Shown here piece by piece: positions 57,560-64,000 of a stretch of DNA of 64,000 nt; position 1 is the stretch's first letter; each line of letters opens with the position of its first letter. The translations under genes were made by a program, and so were the position numbers. Under the pieces are notes generated by a model. That model worked only from the letters and a program-made list of their open reading frames with translations, ran no database searches and was not told where the DNA came from. The DNA lies in contig NC_042998.1 of the NCBI RefSeq assembly GCF_006345805.1, positions 175,336,001 to 175,400,000 of the forward strand, given 5' to 3'. This stretch comes from Octopus sinensis. Taxonomy: Eukaryota.

Positions 57560-59475
57560 GTCAATGCAGAAGCTAGGGATAGATGAGTGGTTGATGAGAG
57601 CAGTACAAGCCATGTACAAGGATGCTATCAGTAAAGTGAAGGTTGGCAATTACTCTAGCAATGAATTTAGTGTAGGAGTTCACCAAGGATCAGCTCTCAG
57701 CCCCCTCTTGTTTATCATAGTCCTCCAAACCATAAAAGAGGAACTGAAAACTAGCTACCCTTGGAGCTCCTCTATGCTGATGACCTTGTTCTTATAGCTG
57801 AATCACTACCTGAACTAGAGAGAAAATTTCAAGTGTGGAAGCAAGGTCTGGAATCTAAGGGTATTAGAGTTAATTTAGCCAAAGCCAAAGTCCTATTATG
57901 TCAGAAAATGGACGAATCTCAAACCCCTTCAGGGAGATGACTCTGTTTGATATGCAGGAAAGATTTTGGTAGAAATGCCATATGGTATACCCAGTGCAAG
58001 TTATGGACACATTAGGTACAGTGGTATCAAAGGAAGGTAAACAAAAAAAGTAGTCTTTGTGTGTGGCAGATGTTACAATAAACACTAAGAATGCACCGAA
58101 AACAGACTTCCTCAAATATCTAGTGCGCAAATGTAATGTTTTTAGTTGTGGTCGAGGGTTACCAATTGTAATGGTTAGTTCTTCATTGCAGTTGAGGGTC
58201 ACCAATTTGTAATGGTTGTTAAGGTGTTGGTTGGTTGCCAGTATGCAAGGTGGAGGAAGATCAGTGATTGAAGTTGTAAAAAGATATTTATTTACTGTTA
58301 CTTTGTATATATCCAAAACCACGTTGGGTTGGTATGTATAACTTGTAAATGGAAAAGTATGCGAGGTAAAAAGAGTTCATTTTGGCTGGCATGTGTGTAT
58401 ATGATCTCATAGTAATATATATAGAGAGATATGGTAATGTTACAGAGAAAAGAAAGTGAGTTAGTGAAAGTTATTGAGTTGAGGGAAGTTGTGTCTCATA
58501 GTTAGCTGGTTGAAATCTCCTTTCTCCTTCTGGCTGTTTGTATTTAGTGGCTCCTTCTTGTGACTATGACTCTAACTAATTTTGCCTTGCCAATTTCTAG
58601 TATTTATAACTATCCAAAACTAGTTAGAAAGATGGACATATTGTTGAGAACAATAGATTTTGTTGGCAGTCTGTTATCTCTATTCTAGCTTTTAGTGGCC
58701 TAGAAGAGGTTAGAAGGGTCAAGTGGCAAAGACATTATTCTGCTTAGCGAAGGCATCTGGCAAATGTAACTGCTGTCACTTACAGAAAAACTATTGTTTT
58801 ACCGTGAGAAAATTACTGTTGAACTATTAATTGAAATTTGGCAATTGAAGATCAAATCCACGCTATGCCTGCATGAAGCCACTACAAGTGGGATTCTTAG
58901 AAGTAGTAGATAGCTTCCATTACCTAAGTAATCAAGTCAGCAGTGGTGGAGGAAGTTCTGAAAGAGTAGTTGAGAGATTAAGTACAGGCTGCACAAACTT
59001 TAGAGAATTACTACTTTTGTTGGTGGCAAAGGGCCTCTCCCTAAGAGTGAAAGGCAGATTGTATGATGCCTATGTATGTACAGCCTAGCTACATGGCAAT
59101 GAAATATGGGCTATGACTACAGAGGATATGTGAAGGCTTGAAAGAGATTAAGCCAGTATGTTCCACTGGATGGGTAATGTCAGTGTGCATTACATGCACA
59201 CTGGAATTAAGAGAAAAATTGGGTATAAGAAATATCAGTTGTAGTGTTCAAGAGAGAAGACTATGCTGGTATGGCCATGTGATGTTTATGGATGAGGATA
59301 GCTGCATAAAGAAGTGCCAATCTCTAATTGTGGAGGGACCCTCTGGAGGGGGAAGATGTGGAATGAAGTAGTAAGAAAAGGTTTTCAGATGTTGGGCCTC
59401 ACAGAGGAGATGACAAGGAAATGCAACTCCTGGTAGTTTGCTGTGCTTGAGAAGATACATCAAGCTAAGTAAAAC
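57560..59475 (+). mobile_element. Degenerate RTE-type LINE (RT to 3' end) split by a ~760-bp insertion
   Basis: VGVHQGSALSPLLF, (L)LYADDL; LEVVDSFHY, LSLRVKGRLYD, RRLCWYGHV after the insertion. Confidence 0.85.
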
Positions 59476-59672
59476 TGTAGCTGTCCATATATACAAGTAT
59501 GCCCTCTATGTTCCTCTCTCAGCCAAGAGGTCCTTCCCTTGAGGGCTTGTGAGGACTGGTGTCACACAGAAAGCACTTGTGCTGGTGTCACATAAAAGCC
59601 TCCCATTCCAGTGCAAAGTAAATGCGCCTCTGCCAGTGTCATATAGAAACGTCTGTAGCATACGACTTGAGG

Positions 59673-60643
59673 GAAATTCCTCTCTCTCTGTTATATATAC
59701 ACAAATACGGACGTAGTAGATAGCAGCTAGCCATAGGCCACCCTTTTGGACCCTGTTGTATCCACTACTCTGATTGGCTGGTATTGGCGCAGTTTGTCTC
59801 TTGCTCTATTGCGCACCAATATCCAACCCAATCTCCAACACAGCCTTCTGACAAGGTCATGTGAAACAGTCTCTTCCAAACTTCTGGTGAGCCGACAGCA
59901 CAGTATAAAACACTAGCTTCACACAGTCTCGAAGTCTTTCAGTTCCAAACCTTTTGAGGTCTAGCCACTGACCACACAGGACACAGCTAGTTCCAGCAAC
60001 AACACAATAGCAGCCACATGGAGACTTATCAACACTCTTCCAACAGCATACGGCAATCTCTTTCTTCGTCGCCTTCATCTTCTTAACATTGTCAACATCA
60101 TCTCTCTGTGTACACAGCAACCAGCAACACTCGCACAGGTTCTATCTCAACACTGTTCGTGAATTACTTCCCCTTGGTTAACAGCAAATACAACCTGCGA
60201 GAGCCTCCTGTACCAAGTGACCCCAGCAGTAGCATTGTAGCCACAACTTCTTATATAACATGTGCCTCAACCAGCTCTGCATTACTGCCACAACTTCTTG
60301 TTATAGCACTTCAGCTATTGTGTACCTTGACTACGAACTGGTATTTATCATCCTTGTGTCTGAAGATTCTTCTAACATCCTATTATAGACTCTTTCAATG
60401 CTCTGTACTTAATGCACACACATACACTTTGTATACATGACGGCCTGTCTATTATTATGTATATATGATGCATACACACATGTTAACATATAAATATAAT
60501 CTTCTCTTAAACATTCTATCTGGTTGTGTCTCTCTTTTCCTTCTGGCATTTATATGCATTTATTCTTTTCGTATTTATTGTATGTACTGTGCGATGTACT
60601 AAAGGAGCTATTCTCGTCACCACCCCTTGCACGGTTGTTTACA
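59673..60643. repeat. ~1 kb LTR-like interspersed repeat, copy 2
   Basis: Shares GAAAT(T)CCTCTCTCTCTG..AAATACGGACGTAG..CTCTGATTGG and the TCGTCACCA..TTGCACGGT..ACA end with copy 1. Confidence 0.8.
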
Positions 60644-60924
60644 CATCCATGCTGGGGCCATATAAAAGAGCCCATGCTGGTGCCATGTAAAAAGCACTTA
60701 GTACACTTTGTAAAGTGGTTGGCGTTAGAAAGGGCAATCAGCCATGCTGAAATAGACAAATGGAACCTGGGTAGCTAGTTCGTGTCAAACCGTCCAACCC
60801 ATGCCAGCATGGAAAATGGCCATTAAATGATGATGTATATAAGTATATATGAATATAAGTACAAATACATATATATGTTTTTCTTAGCATACTTTTCTTG
60901 GCTTAAGGATTCTTAGACGGTTAT

Positions 60925-61402
60925 ATATATATATATATATATATTCATATATATATATTCATATATGTATATTCATATATGTATGTGTGTATGTATATGA
61001 GTATATATATATTATATATATATATATACATATATATAAATATGCATATATATATATATATATAAATATACATACATATATATATAAATATAATATATAT
61101 ATATATAAATATAATATATATATATATACACATACATAAAAGTAAATATATATATATATATATATATAAATATATATATACATATATATATATATATACT
61201 CATATACTACATAGATACACACACACATATATTCATATATGTATGTGTGTGTATCTATGTATGAGTATATATATATATATAATATACATACATATATATA
61301 AATATGCATATATATATATAAATATACATACATATATATATAAATATACATATATATATATATACATATACTCATATACTACATAGATACACACACATAC
61401 AT

Positions 61403-61433
<31 letters not shown>

Positions 61434-61454
61434 AATATAATATATATAAATGTA

Positions 61455-61525
<71 letters not shown>

Positions 61526-61530
61526 ATGCA
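60925..61530. repeat. Long complex (TA)n microsatellite with higher-order units
   Basis: Directly visible; recurrent ATACTCATATACTACATAGATACACACACAC anchors. Confidence 0.95.
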
Positions 61531-62000
61531 TATTTAAACGGAGGGAGATAGGTCTCTATATTCTCTCGACAGGAAATTATAAATTCGTCAGCGAATAATA
61601 AATAACTATCATCTATGATAAACTGTCTTAAGCTTTTTAATTTTGGACTGTCAATTCCTTGCATCTCTCCCTTCTTACTCTTTGCATTGACTGTAGTTTA
61701 ACAACACGATGACGGTGGGATAACGTTTTTCTCATTATATCTCATATACGTTGGCATGTCGTGCCAATATCCTCTCTACCACTGTCACTTCAATACGTCA
61801 CAACCACTTCGAAAAATCGCTGTTTGTCTGAAAGCGACTGAGTTAATGTTTGGCTAATTACATTGTATTTTAAATTTCTTCCTTCTAGTTCTGAGATGAG
61901 AAGGAGAAGCAACAAACAAACGTTGTATAATGATAAGACTTGCTGAACACTGAACAGATGTCGGAAAGTGTTGAAGAGAAAACAAGAAATGTGGCCGATA

Positions 62001-62021
62001 ACTTCCGGTATCTGCCATCTT
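62001..62021 (+). promoter_or_regulatory. ETS + YY1 motif pair upstream of a second gene
   Basis: ACTTCCGG at 62001-62008 and GCCATCTT at 62014-62021 in a CpG-retaining, non-repetitive stretch. Confidence 0.55.
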
Positions 62022-62215
62022 CTCGGTTAGGAAAATAATAGGAGAGTCGCTCGAAGCAAAATAGAAGTAGCAGCTTGGATATTTGAGCGTAAAAAAGAAG
62101 CATTAGAAGATACGTTTGAGAAATGAGGTGAGACTTCATCTATCGAAGAAAGCTGCACAAGTGAACGTATTCTCTTTACACGGGGTGAAAGTATTTTCTT
62201 AAAAGGAGACAGAAT

Positions 62216-62340
62216 ATGGCTGGCAACGGACTACACATGTCATATGGAAATGATAAACCTCCATCCTCGACCGGCAGTGGCGAAGCTGACATAGCTAATG
62301 ATCCTGCCAGTAGTGGATTCTTTACGAACGATTTTAAAAA
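62216..62340 (+). CDS. First coding exon of an unidentified gene (MAGNGLHMSYGNDKPPSSTGSGEADIANDPASSGFFTNDFK..)
   Basis: aatATGG start, 41 open codons plus 2 nt, ending at an AA|gtaagt donor, downstream of the ETS/YY1 motifs. Too short for the ORF track. Family not recognised. Confidence 0.6.
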
Positions 62341-64000
62341 GTAAGTTTTTTTCAAGTATTATATACCATAATTTGATATGATTGTTTTACATTTTACTCG
62401 ATTATAAGGTGCCATGTTTTGTCGTGGTGACAAGGGAAAAAATGGGAGGGTCGACCAGAACTGATGTTTCTTATTCTTATGGCTGTAAGCTTAATTAAAT
62501 CAGTTGGACCAAGGAAATAAATTTTGTTACGGGAATCGCATGAACGATGTTTGGGTTAGCTTTCAATGTAGTGCTACCCGAAGTAGATATGGAAGTTATG
62601 AAGTTATTGTCCCCCTAAAGCCTGTTCTGTATCCTTTTTGCCACCTGATGGCTTTAGAAGTCTGCTAAACTGTAAACAATGATTTTCAATAGTACTTAGT
62701 GTTTGTGTGTGTATATATATATAATAATAAATATTAATTTAATATTATATATATATATATATATATAGGATGGGTGTTTCTTTTTTATGTATAGTTATAT
62801 ATAAAAAAATTAAAACATTAATTAAAGGATTACAGATTTATTTTCACAGGGAAAAGGTTCTCAGTGACTTTCAAGTTTCGACTTTTCGTCAGTCTAACGA
62901 AGGTAACTGAGCTAAAGCCTTCGAAGTCACTGTCAACATTTTTCCGTGTGCATATCCATATTTCCCCCCTCGTAATTTAAAAACATTTTTTAGGGAGAAC
63001 CTTTTTCTTCTTATAATTCACAAGACATAATTCCACAGTATTTTTGTGTCATAAAATTAATTTTAGCTACCAAACCTATTAAACTGACATCTCCAGTTTC
63101 AAATGAACCGAAGAAAAAAAAAAAATAATGTTTAAATGTTCCAAGCTGTAACCGTATGTCTCTCTCCAAATCTAAACTATTGATGTCACTAAATATCATG
63201 AATTGTGACTTCATTGATTTCCTATACAGGAACATGATATCAGATTGGAAAGAAATGGGAATGTGACGCCTATACCTTTTTCAAAGTCATTAAGGATGGA
63301 AGTGAAATGGCTACAGTTGGGAATCGAAACCAAATTGTCCTCAGCTTAAAGGCTTTACATTCCACTAGTTTTCCTAATAGCCATATGTATTGAAATTGGT
63401 TCTTTGGAATGACTATAAAAAAAAAAAGAAAAAAAACTTTGTTGAATTAATATTAATCCGGTTTATTTCTTAAAGTGGGGAAACATATTGTGGCATTATA
63501 ACCAACAGTATTCGTTCAATCAATAGAAATCGATTTGATTGGCAATGCTTTTTCTCGACTAGGGTCGAATTAAATGGGTATCAGCTGTTATCAGTGTATT
63601 AACTGTATATATGTTATTAATTTCCTGGCAATACTTTGCGATCACTTAACACTGCCTCTATTCCTACATCTGCTTGAGTTATTATAAAAGAAATGAAATA
63701 TTTAATTGATGCGTAAACTACAACAACAATAATGCGATTTATGTGTGCATATGTTGTACACATACAGATCTAATTCTCAACATATACATCACATAAACAG
63801 TTATGACTGAATCACTCCTGTCTAAGTAGCTCTTACATCGTCCCATATCTCTTCCTTCTCAACTGTTTTACTCCGCCTTCTTTCTATTTCACGTTTTAAC
63901 TATCCCCTCCATTTGTTTGTAATCTGTAACCCCCCACCCCCCACCGAACAGATTCAGTTTCGATTCTGGGTTGAAACTAGTTATGCCTCCTAACGCCCTT

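Overview
This is AT-rich, repeat-dense eukaryotic DNA, most likely from an octopus. That assignment is an inference from the SINE and microsatellite landscape as I recall it, not a database result. The one gene I can securely identify is EIF3G (+ strand, 9 coding exons, 37392-48875). Its exon 4 has one extra A in an A7 run that breaks the frame, probably an assembly error. The first coding exon and an ETS/YY1 promoter of a second, unidentified gene lie at about 62000-62340. The rest is mostly mobile DNA: a full-length Tx1-clade LINE with a 10-bp target-site duplication (TSD; 31257-36401, - strand), a Helitron helicase fragment plus three non-autonomous Helitrons, five Tc1/mariner-superfamily elements and a MITE, relics of Gypsy, RTE, CR1 and REL-endonuclease retroelements, and three SINE families. 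The most unexpected signal is a near-canonical type I hammerhead ribozyme at 12244-12336 with all three helices supported by base pairing. It carries an apparent CpG-decay G12A change, and a more degenerate Penelope-type motif near 49.7 kb shows the same change. Also notable are a nested TE stack at 24.7-26.3 kb with an adjacent empty-site paralog, and a SINE with a tandem array of covarying hairpins. There are no prokaryotic features. Element boundaries other than splice sites, TSDs and terminal inverted repeats (TIRs) are approximate, and identities are by eye.
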